Below, piece by piece: positions 44,132 through 55,170 of a stretch of DNA of 64,000 nt; the first letter of the stretch is position 1, and the number at the start of each line of letters is the position of its first letter. The stretch spans positions 1 to 64,000 of the IMG/VR virus record IMGVR_UViG_3300021490_000002; one strand, written 5' to 3'. The notes below the pieces were generated by a model, which saw only the letters and a program-made list of their open reading frames with translations, was not told the DNA's origin and ran no database searches. The translations under genes and the position numbers were made by a program. Origin of the DNA: a virus.

Positions 44132-45439
44132 ATGCCTGCATTATCAACCGCTTTTACTGTAGTTAGCATAGCAGCCTCGCTAATTCTTCTAATGGGAGGA
44201 AAAAAGAAAGCTAAAAAGGCGAAGAATAAACCCGTAGGAAAGCGTATTTGGTCCGACCACTTACTTGCTTGTGCTTATTATTCTCCCAGAACTGTATGTC
44301 TATACTTTAATGTCATCTTAGTAACTGGTGATAGATTTTTATTTACAGACCCGATGCCTATGGCCGAATTCTGGGGACACGAATATGACATAGGGCACGC
44401 TATATACGATACAAGTACTAACGCATACACAAATGTGGGCATAGCAGATTGCTTCACCATAGAATACCCTGGTTCGTCTATGCCTGATAATTTCTTTGAT
44501 ACGCTAGATGAGTTGGAGCGAGCAAATAGAATACCAAAATTTAGTAGAGGTGACGGTGCAAACCCACAATATAAAACACATTCGTTAGGAGTCGCCACAT
44601 TTGCCGTCAATCAGGGATTTATGGGGGTTAATAACGGAGCTATTCCTGGCTACCAAGCGATACTAACAATAATTCCAGGAACAGTTTACTTACTCATGAA
44701 GTATGGGGAACCATTAGGTCTAGGAGACTCCTCATATTGGGTTCGGTTTAGGAAGTCTAATTATTGCGGAGATGTAGTAGATTTAAACCCTATCGCAATA
44801 GTTACAGATATCCTACTAGACTTGTATAGAGTAGAGGATATTGATTGGACGTCAGCAGCATCTATAGGAGGAAGATTAATCACAACATTTCCATATATGT
44901 GGTTTTCTCTTGCTTACAAAAATAACAGATATTCGGATGTTCTGGAAACCATGTCTAAAATAGCTCGTATAGCCGTGAATCTTTCTAGTGATGGAAAGAT
45001 TAGGTTTAAACTCCTGTATGACCCTTACGAGGACGTATCTTCTCTTCCAGTAGTAAGACTTGAACGCATGACGGACGTTACGATAGAAAAGCCATCAACA
45101 GATTCGTCAGATGTGATAAACGAATTTAAGGCAAGATACCTTGCTTGTCGTATTGATGAAGTATATGACGGAACTGGAGATGATGCTTACGAATACTTAT
45201 ATAATAGCGCTGCTGCCCCTCCAGTTGCGAATATGGCTCATGCGATGCTTATAGGAGCTAGAAAAAGACAATCTTTAAACCTAGATTACTTACATTGGAT
45301 AGACGATGTAAAGGCCTACCTGGAAGATATGCTTGACATATTCAGTAAACCAACAATTAGTGGGTCTATTAAAACTTCCTTCGCCTACAACTACTTAAAT
45401 GTAGGTGATGGGTTTACCATAGAAGTTCCTCTGGAGTAG
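44132..45439 (+). CDS. Tail tip/central fibre protein, N-terminal part
   Basis: LNPIAIVTDILL...IDWTS...DGKIRFKLL...INEFKARY...LNVGD. Confidence 0.7.
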   Translation: MPALSTAFTVVSIAASLILLMGGKKKAKKAKNKPVGKRIWSDHLLACAYYSPRTVCLYFNVILVTGDRFLFTDPMPMAEFWGHEYDIGHAIYDTSTNAYTNVGIADCFTIEYPGSSMPDNFFDTLDELERANRIPKFSRGDGANPQYKTHSLGVATFAVNQGFMGVNNGAIPGYQAILTIIPGTVYLLMKYGEPLGLGDSSYWVRFRKSNYCGDVVDLNPIAIVTDILLDLYRVEDIDWTSAASIGGRLITTFPYMWFSLAYKNNRYSDVLETMSKIARIAVNLSSDGKIRFKLLYDPYEDVSSLPVVRLERMTDVTIEKPSTDSSDVINEFKARYLACRIDEVYDGTGDDAYEYLYNSAAAPPVANMAHAMLIGARKRQSLNLDYLHWIDDVKAYLEDMLDIFSKPTISGSIKTSFAYNYLNVGDGFTIEVPLE

Positions 45440-45443
45440 AACT

Positions 45444-46814
45444 ATGAGCGAAAATTTATTAAAAATTTATGCAACTGTAATAAGTAAAACCATTAACGAG
45501 TATCCTAGCGAGACTATTGATATTGAATTTAAAGAGTATAGGGAGATTGCAGAACAAGGAGAATTATATATTCCTTCTGTTCCTCCTCTTCCAAGTCCTT
45601 TAGCTGAGGATAAACCCCTTCCCTTTTTGGTCGTTAAAACATCTCCCTTAATAACAGGCGTTTCCAACGTAATGTTCCCAGCGCATATTACAAGTGGTAC
45701 ATTTAACTCATTTTCAGTCTTTGAAAAGAATGAATATACAAACGACCCTGTTAACGCTGAGGCCATCGCATCTTACGGGTCTCCTGAAGCTACATTAATT
45801 GGAAAATTGGCGACGCCTGTAGATTTGAGGGAAAGTATCGACACCGTAGAAGTTACACTAGAGGGAGTAAGTAGTGAAAACGAAAGACTTCCTGAAGATT
45901 ATTACAATAGACTGGGGGAATTTTTTGAGGAAGATACCCTAACAAATTGGGTCTTACTTACAGATATTGACTACCCAGAAATAGGTGAAGACGAGGATTC
46001 TACTCCTGTTATCCATGCCTTTGGTATAGGATACTTATTCAGAGTATTTCGCAGCGTAATTTTATCTCCAGAAGAACCTATTAGAATCCAATTACAAGGT
46101 TTTCTTAATGTAGATGTCGGAGCGGACCGTTACTTAAAACTATTGGATATGGGAAAGTCAGTAGTATTTTTAAATAGTACTTCCACCGCCTCAAGCTACG
46201 GCATTACCCTTGCTCCAGTAACTAATGTTTTTTTCTGTGACCTTGCCCTTGTTGGTGTTGAATCTAATGTGATTGGGATAGCCTATTCTATGTTTTCTAC
46301 TGAAGGAAAAAAGACCGAAAACGATGGAATTGTACCTGCCGAATATTCGTCGTACCCCAAACCGTACATAACAGTGAATAGTGAGTTAAATCCTATTCCT
46401 GGAGGGACAGACACTTATTTGATAGTTAGAAGTGTAGATACACTTGACTTGAGGTTTTTTTATTATTCACCTAGAATGTTAGATAACTCACAAAATCCGT
46501 TGGATATAACGCCTTCTAACGGTATTGAACCGACCACTTCAATTAATGAAGTTGCATTACATGGTGTAACTGAAAATGTTAACGTGATTTTTAAGTTTAC
46601 TGCTGTCGCTCCAGATGGAACTCCTACGGGAGAAGTATATACTAAAGTATTCCAGATACAAACTATAGGGTATAGGATATCTATAGGTGAAATTATAGGG
46701 GCATTAGGAGGGGCTCCTAGATTCGACATTACGGCATATCCTGACCTTACAGGAAATTTATACTACACAACGTCAGAAAGTAATAAAGTGCATGTGGAGG
46801 TATCCGATGTATAA
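45444..46814 (+). CDS. Tail tip/central fibre protein, probable C-terminal part
   Basis: Starts 4 nt after the previous stop; N-terminus appears to complete the preceding domain. Confidence 0.5.
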   Translation: MSENLLKIYATVISKTINEYPSETIDIEFKEYREIAEQGELYIPSVPPLPSPLAEDKPLPFLVVKTSPLITGVSNVMFPAHITSGTFNSFSVFEKNEYTNDPVNAEAIASYGSPEATLIGKLATPVDLRESIDTVEVTLEGVSSENERLPEDYYNRLGEFFEEDTLTNWVLLTDIDYPEIGEDEDSTPVIHAFGIGYLFRVFRSVILSPEEPIRIQLQGFLNVDVGADRYLKLLDMGKSVVFLNSTSTASSYGITLAPVTNVFFCDLALVGVESNVIGIAYSMFSTEGKKTENDGIVPAEYSSYPKPYITVNSELNPIPGGTDTYLIVRSVDTLDLRFFYYSPRMLDNSQNPLDITPSNGIEPTTSINEVALHGVTENVNVIFKFTAVAPDGTPTGEVYTKVFQIQTIGYRISIGEIIGALGGAPRFDITAYPDLTGNLYYTTSESNKVHVEVSDV

Positions 46815-47154
46815 ATTTGCACTGGAAGACAAACCAGTTTTAAATAAAGACTTGATGTTTGTCAGATTAGTCAAAGTAGATAATTTTTTAGAGATTGAAC
46901 GCTTATACCAGGATAAAGTAATTTCCACAATTTTTCCTCCTTTATTTAATAACTATATTTTAGTGTTCGCAGAAAACGATAACTCAAAACTAAACGGAAT
47001 TGTGTTGTGGCTGGAGGGAAACGCAGGAAAAGCAAAGTTAGTAAAGCCAAGTAGTTTACCTGAAGAGCAACTACGTCTCTTGGCAAAAAATGCGTTGGGG
47101 TTGGCTTATAACACACCATATACATCTATAGACCTAAATCCATTAGAGAGGTAG
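46792..47154 (+). CDS. Hypothetical protein
   Basis: ORF; the true start may be the second Met (MYKF) after GGAGG. Confidence 0.5.
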   Translation: MWRYPMYKFALEDKPVLNKDLMFVRLVKVDNFLEIERLYQDKVISTIFPPLFNNYILVFAENDNSKLNGIVLWLEGNAGKAKLVKPSSLPEEQLRLLAKNALGLAYNTPYTSIDLNPLER

Positions 47155-47157
47155 ATA

Positions 47158-47982
47158 ATGCTGAAAAAGATAGAATACGATACTGTTGGTTGGAATATGT
47201 TAATTCATTTAAATATGATGAATTATGTGTATAAGTACGGGTCAAATTTTTTTGCGACTGATAAGGTTATGGGAAATGTTGATGAAAAACGTGTGGTAAC
47301 TATAAATTCAGCAGGATTTCTAGCTTTATGTGAGCCTGACCAATATCCTGTTGGTGTGTGTACCTTATTGGAAGATGGATTAGCTTATGTTCAAATATTG
47401 GGAGAAGCTACGGTTGCTACTTCGACTGGAATAGATACAACTTTAATAGGAAAATACGCCTATGTAGATGACACAGGATATGTAAATGTATCTCAGTCTA
47501 TGTCAGACCTATACCCACCATATCGTATTATAGGAGTATGTACAGAAGTTATTAACGCAAGTACAATTAAGGTAGTATTAGAGGGACGAGCAAACCACCC
47601 CGCTTTGTTCCCAGAATATGTAACTCCAGCTACTTTATTTTACGAAGGGTCGTCTGACTCTCCTTTATATGTAGTAAAACTTACTGGTGAAGTTGACTTA
47701 GCGACGGGAAACGTAAACGTCGGAGACTATTTATATGAAGGAACTGAAGGAGTAAGCTCTACGGAAATCGTAGGTAATCGTCTATCTATTGAATTTATAC
47801 CTACATTTAGTTTTACTCCAGTATATTTGGCGTCACATTATCATTCAACACCATCAAGCATTAGTGTAAATTGCTCATCAACTGTTGCTGACATTTTCTT
47901 GTTTGATTTGAACGGTAATCCTTTAGACTGGTTAAGTGGAAGTGAAAATCCTAAAATATTTTTTCTAGCACACGGGGAGTAA
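47158..47982 (+). CDS. Putative tail fibre/virion protein (cement-like domain)
   Basis: YDTVGWN N-terminus; VGVC...VQILGE...IGKYAYV...IIGVC. Confidence 0.5.
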   Translation: MLKKIEYDTVGWNMLIHLNMMNYVYKYGSNFFATDKVMGNVDEKRVVTINSAGFLALCEPDQYPVGVCTLLEDGLAYVQILGEATVATSTGIDTTLIGKYAYVDDTGYVNVSQSMSDLYPPYRIIGVCTEVINASTIKVVLEGRANHPALFPEYVTPATLFYEGSSDSPLYVVKLTGEVDLATGNVNVGDYLYEGTEGVSSTEIVGNRLSIEFIPTFSFTPVYLASHYHSTPSSISVNCSSTVADIFLFDLNGNPLDWLSGSENPKIFFLAHGE

Positions 47983-47986
47983 TGCA

Positions 47987-48880
47987 ATGTCCGCATATTT
48001 AATGTTTCACCCATCAACTTTACATTGGATAGATTCGGGAAATAAATTTTTCATAAACTTATTGAATGACAACTTTTTACTAATGTCAAAATATTTAACC
48101 CCCTACTGCATCTTTATTCCTAGTGTGGGGTCGGCACCTATAAAAATGCACGAGATAGCATATGCGGTTTTCTTTGAAAATATGACAAGACTGGCCTGTA
48201 GTAATGTGGATAATGGTTGTGGGATAGCAGGTGTTGTTGTAGGAAGAGATGAAGAGAGGAGACACCTATTGTTAAAGATGGGGGGAGTAGCCTATGTAAG
48301 ATACGTTGGAGAGGTCTCTCCAGGAGACTTGCTCGGCGTGGCTGGAACCAAAGCTATAAAAATCACAAGCCCTGTAGATAAACGCTATGTAGTCGGAACC
48401 TGTATTAAGGTTTTATCAAACTACAATTTGGCACTAGTAAGATTAAGAAATTTTGCTACACATACAGACTTAGTTAATGTGGATAGCTTCCTACTTCCAC
48501 CCCAGCTATTCGCTGGAGCAAGCTCTGGAAGTAGAACTGCAGTCTTCTTTGTGTATGCAAAATATACGGCTGCAGATAATTCCGTTCACATAATTTCCAC
48601 AACAGAAAAACAATTTACTGCTGACGGAAATGTAAGTGGTTTCACCAAACATCCTCTCCATCCAGATATTCTTCTTTCTGATATAAACGGCGATGAAATT
48701 GTATTATACTTAAAAACTTCCTTACATAAATCCTTCACAACCTTGCGTATGGAATCTACTCCACCCAGGTACAACATTAAGCAAATAGACGACACCGTGA
48801 TTCTTACACCAAAACCTGGAGCTAGTATAGCAGATTTAGATGATAAACCATTTACTATAACTATATGGGGGGTCTGCTGA
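47987..48880 (+). CDS. Putative virion protein (cement-like domain)
   Basis: IAGVVV...GEVSPGDLL...VVGTC. Confidence 0.45.
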   Translation: MSAYLMFHPSTLHWIDSGNKFFINLLNDNFLLMSKYLTPYCIFIPSVGSAPIKMHEIAYAVFFENMTRLACSNVDNGCGIAGVVVGRDEERRHLLLKMGGVAYVRYVGEVSPGDLLGVAGTKAIKITSPVDKRYVVGTCIKVLSNYNLALVRLRNFATHTDLVNVDSFLLPPQLFAGASSGSRTAVFFVYAKYTAADNSVHIISTTEKQFTADGNVSGFTKHPLHPDILLSDINGDEIVLYLKTSLHKSFTTLRMESTPPRYNIKQIDDTVILTPKPGASIADLDDKPFTITIWGVC

Positions 48881-49707
48881 TGACTTTATCTATGGAAAAG
48901 GAAAATGGCTTATGGCTTCCAACAGTTGATATATCTCTAACATATAATGTTGGCGAAAACATTGACTTAATTGCTTTCTTTCCAGAAGTGGATGATAATT
49001 TTGGCCATTTAAATACCATGAGCGGATTTGCAACCACAACATTGGGATTCATTCCAGATTATAGTATTCATAAAGGAATTAGATTAACGTCATATGGGAA
49101 CGAATTACACGATTCTAACAGTGACTTTCCTTGCTTTTATATAGGTTGTACCTGGAATTTCGACTTTACAGAAAGTAAACTTGTTCCTCCAGTAGTTCCT
49201 TTCGTTGGAAGGCTTGACATTCCTCTAAACCAGACATTTGATGATGGGAGGCTTGTCTATTATGTTGATGGTAACTTCACGGAGGAATCTGACGGAACTG
49301 AAGTAGCGGGATTGGTTTCCAAGGACCAACCTTTTGTATTCCCACTATCTTGTTTTATCTCTCTATTTGGGACCGCAGCTACCTCAAAACAGTTGTTTAG
49401 AGATAATGAACCTAGGCAGGTTATTTTCCTGCATTACGATAGTGAAAGCGGAACTGGAGGAGGTGTAGCTAACATAAGATATGACGCTATAGAAAATCGT
49501 CATGTGCTGGATATAAGTACTGACAAGGCCTTGTTTAAACCTCCAATAGTTTTTGCTCAAGTTACTGGTGGGGATTTAGGAACTGTTATGGTCCAAGAAA
49601 CAACAGTAGATTCTATCTATTTGAAAATTTATAAAACAGATGGTACTATAGATACCAACGATAATCCTCAAACCTTTACCTTATTCGGAGTAGGAAGCTA
49701 TGTATAA
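48865..49707 (+). CDS. Putative virion protein
   Basis: C-terminus PPIVFAQ...FTLFGVG resembles those of the two preceding ORFs. Confidence 0.45.
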   Translation: MGGLLMTLSMEKENGLWLPTVDISLTYNVGENIDLIAFFPEVDDNFGHLNTMSGFATTTLGFIPDYSIHKGIRLTSYGNELHDSNSDFPCFYIGCTWNFDFTESKLVPPVVPFVGRLDIPLNQTFDDGRLVYYVDGNFTEESDGTEVAGLVSKDQPFVFPLSCFISLFGTAATSKQLFRDNEPRQVIFLHYDSESGTGGGVANIRYDAIENRHVLDISTDKALFKPPIVFAQVTGGDLGTVMVQETTVDSIYLKIYKTDGTIDTNDNPQTFTLFGVGSYV

Positions 49708-50437
49708 TATTTTAGCCTCAGAACAAAGTGAATACCAACATATAATGGTAATTGAATTTTCTGGAGAAAAAAGATTATATTTAGATAACATTTTTCAGAC
49801 ATCCTTGCCCAACGACGACTACTACGAAATCTTACTGGATGGCGCCGAGCCTTCTGATGATATTTTAATTCTTGGAGGAGGTGACCTTACTTCTGTCCCA
49901 GTACTTCGTAGAAAAGGAATACAGAATTATAAGATTGTTGAAATTGACGAAATGGTGATAAATGTGTGTAAAATTTTTTGTCCAGTAAGAGAGGAGCGGT
50001 ATAAAGATAAAATTGTAATTGGGGATGCATTTGAATACATACAAAGGGATGAATCGTATGATGTGATTGCTATTGATTTATTGGGTTTTGCAGATTTAAA
50101 TAAGTTATCTGATTTGTTGACATTAGAAGAATTTTTACGGAAAATTATTGACAGAACAAAAAAGTATTTTTCGGGTTTTATCGGATGTGGTATAAATGGA
50201 TTAACTGCAGGAATTATACTGCGTGATTGGATAAGTAAGATAAACAAAGTGAAGAAGTTTTTTCTTATGTGTGATGAAGCTGGACAGATATTTTTTACTG
50301 CACACATAAACCCGAATATAAAGATGAGTCCAGCTACATTAGCAAAAACAATCTTTTACCCAACTTGGATTAATATTCCAAAGGTGCTGACAAATAAAAG
50401 TTTAACCGATAAAATGGCCTACTGCTCGGCTATTTAA
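49700..50437 (+). CDS. speE: Spermidine synthase-like aminopropyltransferase
   Basis: SEYQHI...LYLD..FQ...YYE...ILILGGGD...VEIDEMV...IGDAFEYI...YDVIAID. Confidence 0.75.
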   Translation: MYNILASEQSEYQHIMVIEFSGEKRLYLDNIFQTSLPNDDYYEILLDGAEPSDDILILGGGDLTSVPVLRRKGIQNYKIVEIDEMVINVCKIFCPVREERYKDKIVIGDAFEYIQRDESYDVIAIDLLGFADLNKLSDLLTLEEFLRKIIDRTKKYFSGFIGCGINGLTAGIILRDWISKINKVKKFFLMCDEAGQIFFTAHINPNIKMSPATLAKTIFYPTWINIPKVLTNKSLTDKMAYCSAI

Positions 50438-50448
50438 TATAGAAGGGG

Positions 50449-50862
50449 TTGGAGATGAGTGATAGTTACAACTTAGTTGACCCAACAGTTCCAGATATAT
50501 CTGCTGAGGATGTATCTTCCGAAAAGCCAGACGGTGTTTTAGATTTTTGCGTCCGTAACATTTCTTATGTAATCGGCAAGAATAGACAACTCATAGAAGA
50601 AGCTGAAGTTGGTTTTGATTCTTACATAGGTAAAAAACCTCATGTCGCTGCTCAATTTCAAAACAATATGTTAAAGGCCCTTCAACTAGAAGCTGATTTA
50701 GTAAAGCTACTTCTAACTATCCGAGAATATACAAGAAAAGAAACCAAAGAATCTGGAGAGGATAGTAAGTATGTAGATAATAGAAAAATTGTAATAAATT
50801 TAGATAGTAATTCCAGGAGGATGTTGGCTGATGTTATCAGCGGAAAATTCTCTCATAAGTAA
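50449..50862 (+). CDS. Putative terminase small subunit
   Basis: Helical, 137 aa, overlapping the large subunit gene. Confidence 0.45.
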   Translation: MEMSDSYNLVDPTVPDISAEDVSSEKPDGVLDFCVRNISYVIGKNRQLIEEAEVGFDSYIGKKPHVAAQFQNNMLKALQLEADLVKLLLTIREYTRKETKESGEDSKYVDNRKIVINLDSNSRRMLADVISGKFSHK

Positions 50863-52444
50863 AGATGGGAAAATACAGGAAGAAATTCCTCGTGAAATTC
50901 TAGCCGAAGTGTGTGCTTTCCATTACGATGCGTTTATGTATTCTGTTCTTCCAGACTTATTTTATACAAAGTCTTTTAGCCCATTCCATCGCTATCTACT
51001 AAAACTAATAGAAGATAATCAAAAAACGAGAAGGAGACGTGTTGTTGCAGGTCCCAGGGGATGGGGTAAATCCACTACTATTTCCGAAGGTGGTCCACTG
51101 TGGATTGTATGCAGAAATGATTATTTACCACCAAAGAAGCGTTATAAATATATTTTGCTAGTTTCTGACACGCAACCCCAAGCAGAAAAGAGATTGACAA
51201 CCATAAAGGAATATTTGGAGTCCGATATAATTGCCTATTTATTTCCACACGCCCACGGTCCTGGAAAAAAATGGAAAAGCTCAGAAATAATAACTAAAAA
51301 CGATATCTTGATTGGAACTGCTGGTTTGAAATCTTCCATACGTGGAACTAAATATAAAAATAGGAGGCCAGACCTTATTATAGTAGATGACCCTGACAAC
51401 TTAGAATCTGTTACCTCTCCATCACTATCAGCAACTGTTGAAGAAGTGTTTACAAGAGACCTTGTAAAAGCAGGAAGTGAAGATGCAGACATTTTAGTAG
51501 TCGGAACTGTCCTTGCTAAAACTGCCTTAGTATATAAATTACTTTATAGTGAGGACTACGCTGCCTGGGAAGGAAAGATTTTCAAAGCCCTTGTTTCTTT
51601 CCCAGAACGAATGGACTTATGGGATGAATTTGGAGAGATATTAAAAGACAGGGAGAATAAGTTTAGGAAAAAAGATGCTCTAAAATTTTATTTCGCACAT
51701 AAGGAGGAGATGCTCAAAGGAGCTAAGTCATTATGGGAGGAAGTCTATCCAGTCAGAAAGCTAATGGAAGAATACTACTTAGAAGGCAGAAGAGCCTTTA
51801 TGCTTGAAAAACAGAATGAGATAATTGAAGATGAGGAAGGAGTATTTAGACCAGAAAAATACAAGTATTACGAAGACGAAGAATTGGAAAAAATATATGC
51901 TTACCATCCTCTCATATATGTTTATGTTGACCCAACTGGAGGGAAACAGAAAAGCAGAGGAATTGGAAGAAGGAAAGGCGATTCCGACTTGTTTAGTTTA
52001 TGTGCTTTAGCGAAACTGGATAATAATTTGATTTATTTTATTGACAATAAGGTAGGTCAATTAAGACAAAGCGAGCAGTATTTTCTAATATACAAGTTTA
52101 TAAAAGAGTATGAGGAAAAAGGGTTAAGAATTTTTAAGTTGCTTGTAGAAGATAGAGGGGATAATTATTATGTCAACGGCCTAAAGGAATTTCTAACGAG
52201 ACGTGGTTTACGCAGGCCTGTCCCACAAGTTGTTACCCATAGAGTGAATAAGGTTGAGAGGATATCAATGTTAGAGCCATACCTTGACAATTGGACTCTT
52301 ATTCTTCCAGCTAACAGAAGGCGTTTTAAAGAATTTTACACTGAATTGGAAACATATCCCTATTGTGATTTTGATGATGTTCTGGATAGTTTGTCTGGAT
52401 GCTTCTTTGCAGCATATAAAACCTTTAGACTGAGGTATGCCTGA
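50831..52444 (+). CDS. terL: Terminase large subunit
   Basis: Walker A GPRGWGKST, Walker B LIIVDD, VVGT coupling motif, nuclease YVDP...DDVLDSL. Confidence 0.93.
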   Translation: MLSAENSLISKDGKIQEEIPREILAEVCAFHYDAFMYSVLPDLFYTKSFSPFHRYLLKLIEDNQKTRRRRVVAGPRGWGKSTTISEGGPLWIVCRNDYLPPKKRYKYILLVSDTQPQAEKRLTTIKEYLESDIIAYLFPHAHGPGKKWKSSEIITKNDILIGTAGLKSSIRGTKYKNRRPDLIIVDDPDNLESVTSPSLSATVEEVFTRDLVKAGSEDADILVVGTVLAKTALVYKLLYSEDYAAWEGKIFKALVSFPERMDLWDEFGEILKDRENKFRKKDALKFYFAHKEEMLKGAKSLWEEVYPVRKLMEEYYLEGRRAFMLEKQNEIIEDEEGVFRPEKYKYYEDEELEKIYAYHPLIYVYVDPTGGKQKSRGIGRRKGDSDLFSLCALAKLDNNLIYFIDNKVGQLRQSEQYFLIYKFIKEYEEKGLRIFKLLVEDRGDNYYVNGLKEFLTRRGLRRPVPQVVTHRVNKVERISMLEPYLDNWTLILPANRRRFKEFYTELETYPYCDFDDVLDSLSGCFFAAYKTFRLRYA

Positions 52445-55170
52445 TGACTGACCCTTCTTATATTTATAGACCAAATTTTCCTTTAGTAGGGGCTAGACGG
52501 AATATTAAAGGCGAATACGAGCCTCAATTTAAAAGGGAAACTAAAACCATTTTTGGAGGCATCGTAAAGTTAAGGGAAGTCCCTCAGTTCTCTGGGATAG
52601 GAACCTCCATCTTTATAGATGGATTTACTGAAGTAACTACAGACCCAGGCCCCTTGCAGTTTAGAACAAACTACATAACAGGAAGGCTTTACTTTAATGC
52701 AGCCGATAATGGTAAAACAGTAACTATAGAATACTATGGGCTGGGCTCTCTAGTTGCGATAGATGAAATTAACTATATATGGTATCTCATAACAAAGAAA
52801 TTCAGGTTCTTGTCACTATTTGATACCCCAGAATCGTATAACGAGGCCAGCTACAAATATTTGCGAGTCAATAAAACAGGAACAGGCCTAATTTTCTCTG
52901 TCCCAGAATTAGGCGAAAGTATGTCAAGACTGGGAGTTTTTTATATCCCTGCTAATGAAATTATTTCAGTTTCATCCGACTCTCTAAGTAAAGTTGATAT
53001 TGTTAAAATTTATGAGGTAACTAACGGAGAAAGTACGTCTGGAGGCATAGAAAACTCTAGCAGTTATGTGGAAGAGGTAGATGAGGCCACGGTTACTACT
53101 GTCGATAATTATTGGACATTATCTCTTCCAGTGATAGAAGCTGGAAAAGGATACTACATTGAATGTAATGATGAGATAGATACATCGGATTGGAATTATA
53201 TTGACAAAATATATTTTGATGAAAGTGTTTCGGCAGACGAGAAAATAAGGTATTTAATTAAGGCCGATGACGAATATTATGGCTGGAGTGGCTCTTACTT
53301 TTTTAAGCTAAATTCGTTTACGGGAGATTCTATCTTAGTAAATGGAATTTCAAATGATGCCATACAGGCTCTAGGACCACAACATTTTGAAATTTTTGTA
53401 GGGAAAAGATTATCGTTTGTGGCATCTTTATCAACCCTTAGCGAAGACCACGCTCCTACTTTTAGAAATAAAATGACCGTAGAAGGATGGAAGGGAAAGA
53501 CTTATCAAGAAACAAACGTGGTGAATGCTACATACTTTCCATCTGAAAATACATGGAACTTGGAAAATACGTCAGATGAAGCTATTAATGTGGTTGCTAT
53601 CTTTGGTTCTGGAAGGGACGACTCTTGTTGTAGTGTGTCTGCATTTACCTTTGAAGACCTTGCCCCAGATACTCCTGTGGAGATAAAAGCTAACATACAA
53701 ACAACCTGTCAAGTAATGCAGTCTGTAACAGGCGAGACAGTTAGAGAAGGTATATTATTACCAACTACTCCTGGTAGCTGGGAAGTAGTTGATAATCCTT
53801 ATGCACTTCTGTTCGTAGAATATAGCGATACGTTTGCTTTAGAATTTGAAGAGTGTAAAAACATAGAAAACACGGGATATAACTTTAAAAGCATATTCAA
53901 GTTTAAAGATGGAAAAGTTGTTGATAGCTTAGGTAATTTTGTAAACTATGACATAATAGGTGAAGTAGCTCCTGTTCCGACCCCGTTTGGAGTTGGCATC
54001 ACTCTAAGACACCTACAAAGTCACGGCGTGAGGATATCAGACGACGGTAATGATAATTGTGGTATTTGCTTCTTTATTAGAAGTTCTAACAATTACGTAA
54101 CTTATTATATATTATCTACGAACAACCTTGTCTTAATGAGCGACATATATTCAAAGCTTGCTGTTACTGATAATACTTCTACCCGCACAGTTATTATGAA
54201 TTATACAGACTCCAGAATCACAACACTTGGAAACTTTAGCTTTGCGGGGATTGGTCCTGGAGCTAGGGGATGGGCATACAATCCATCAAGTGATTCAATT
54301 ATCGTAAAAACTAGAAATTCTACGGGAAATTGTATTTATATCGGTAGAGCACCTAACCAGCCAAGTCGCTGGGGGTCTGGGAATACAAATGCGACAGACC
54401 CTACAAAAGTACTTGATGTAGCTCTAGCGTGGGTTGGAGATGATGTAAATAACTTAGAGGTCATAAGATACGTGATTGACCAGTACCAATCCTTAATGTC
54501 TTACTATTCCAGTGCGTTCGGACAATACACAAAAACTAGACTACATCCCCCATTCAATTCGTCCGACATAACTGTTGACAATGTTTCTCCCAGAAACTTC
54601 TCTACTGATGAATTACTGAACTTTAATCCAAATAGGTATCTCGTGGAGCTAGACGGTATCTTGTATAGATGGGATACCACAAATTTAGTCTTTGAAGAGG
54701 TCTCCTCTACAAGTAGTGCAGAAAATTTATATAACGCAGGAAATACTCTGGAGGAGATAGGAAACATTCCAGAGGATGCTTGGCATGACAAGAATCCTAG
54801 CACATTGGCGATATGGATAATAGCTTACACTGATTGGAATAGAGCTCCTGTAGTTCCTACTAAAGTAGATATTAACAAAACTGAGGTAACTGCTGATGGT
54901 TGGCGTGTGTTAAAGGCAGGTGAAGAATGTACGGTAGAGTGGTATCCAGGCAGAAGGATTTGGAGGGTAAAGCATCACCTACCAGAAAATTACACAATTA
55001 AGGTTATTGTAGCAGGACTTACAACCACAAATGTAAGGGCTCAGTACTTTACAGAATTGCTTGATACACCAGATTCTTTGGATTATCATACTCCCCAAGT
55101 ATTAGCAGCAAAGAACGGCAGAGTTACAACAATCCCTTACATTAATCCGTGGATATTTCTTAGACCTTAA
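52444..55170 (+). CDS. Large virion/fibre-like protein
   Basis: FLSLFDTPESY...YLRVN...GLIF fibre motif; N-terminus paralogous to 59682..60329. Confidence 0.55.
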   Translation: MTDPSYIYRPNFPLVGARRNIKGEYEPQFKRETKTIFGGIVKLREVPQFSGIGTSIFIDGFTEVTTDPGPLQFRTNYITGRLYFNAADNGKTVTIEYYGLGSLVAIDEINYIWYLITKKFRFLSLFDTPESYNEASYKYLRVNKTGTGLIFSVPELGESMSRLGVFYIPANEIISVSSDSLSKVDIVKIYEVTNGESTSGGIENSSSYVEEVDEATVTTVDNYWTLSLPVIEAGKGYYIECNDEIDTSDWNYIDKIYFDESVSADEKIRYLIKADDEYYGWSGSYFFKLNSFTGDSILVNGISNDAIQALGPQHFEIFVGKRLSFVASLSTLSEDHAPTFRNKMTVEGWKGKTYQETNVVNATYFPSENTWNLENTSDEAINVVAIFGSGRDDSCCSVSAFTFEDLAPDTPVEIKANIQTTCQVMQSVTGETVREGILLPTTPGSWEVVDNPYALLFVEYSDTFALEFEECKNIENTGYNFKSIFKFKDGKVVDSLGNFVNYDIIGEVAPVPTPFGVGITLRHLQSHGVRISDDGNDNCGICFFIRSSNNYVTYYILSTNNLVLMSDIYSKLAVTDNTSTRTVIMNYTDSRITTLGNFSFAGIGPGARGWAYNPSSDSIIVKTRNSTGNCIYIGRAPNQPSRWGSGNTNATDPTKVLDVALAWVGDDVNNLEVIRYVIDQYQSLMSYYSSAFGQYTKTRLHPPFNSSDITVDNVSPRNFSTDELLNFNPNRYLVELDGILYRWDTTNLVFEEVSSTSSAENLYNAGNTLEEIGNIPEDAWHDKNPSTLAIWIIAYTDWNRAPVVPTKVDINKTEVTADGWRVLKAGEECTVEWYPGRRIWRVKHHLPENYTIKVIVAGLTTTNVRAQYFTELLDTPDSLDYHTPQVLAAKNGRVTTIPYINPWIFLRP

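Noticed and set aside
45437-45490. Stop-codon reassignment (TAG read-through)
   Set aside because: Read-through ends at a TAA after 15 codons, and genes are otherwise intact and densely packed in code 11.
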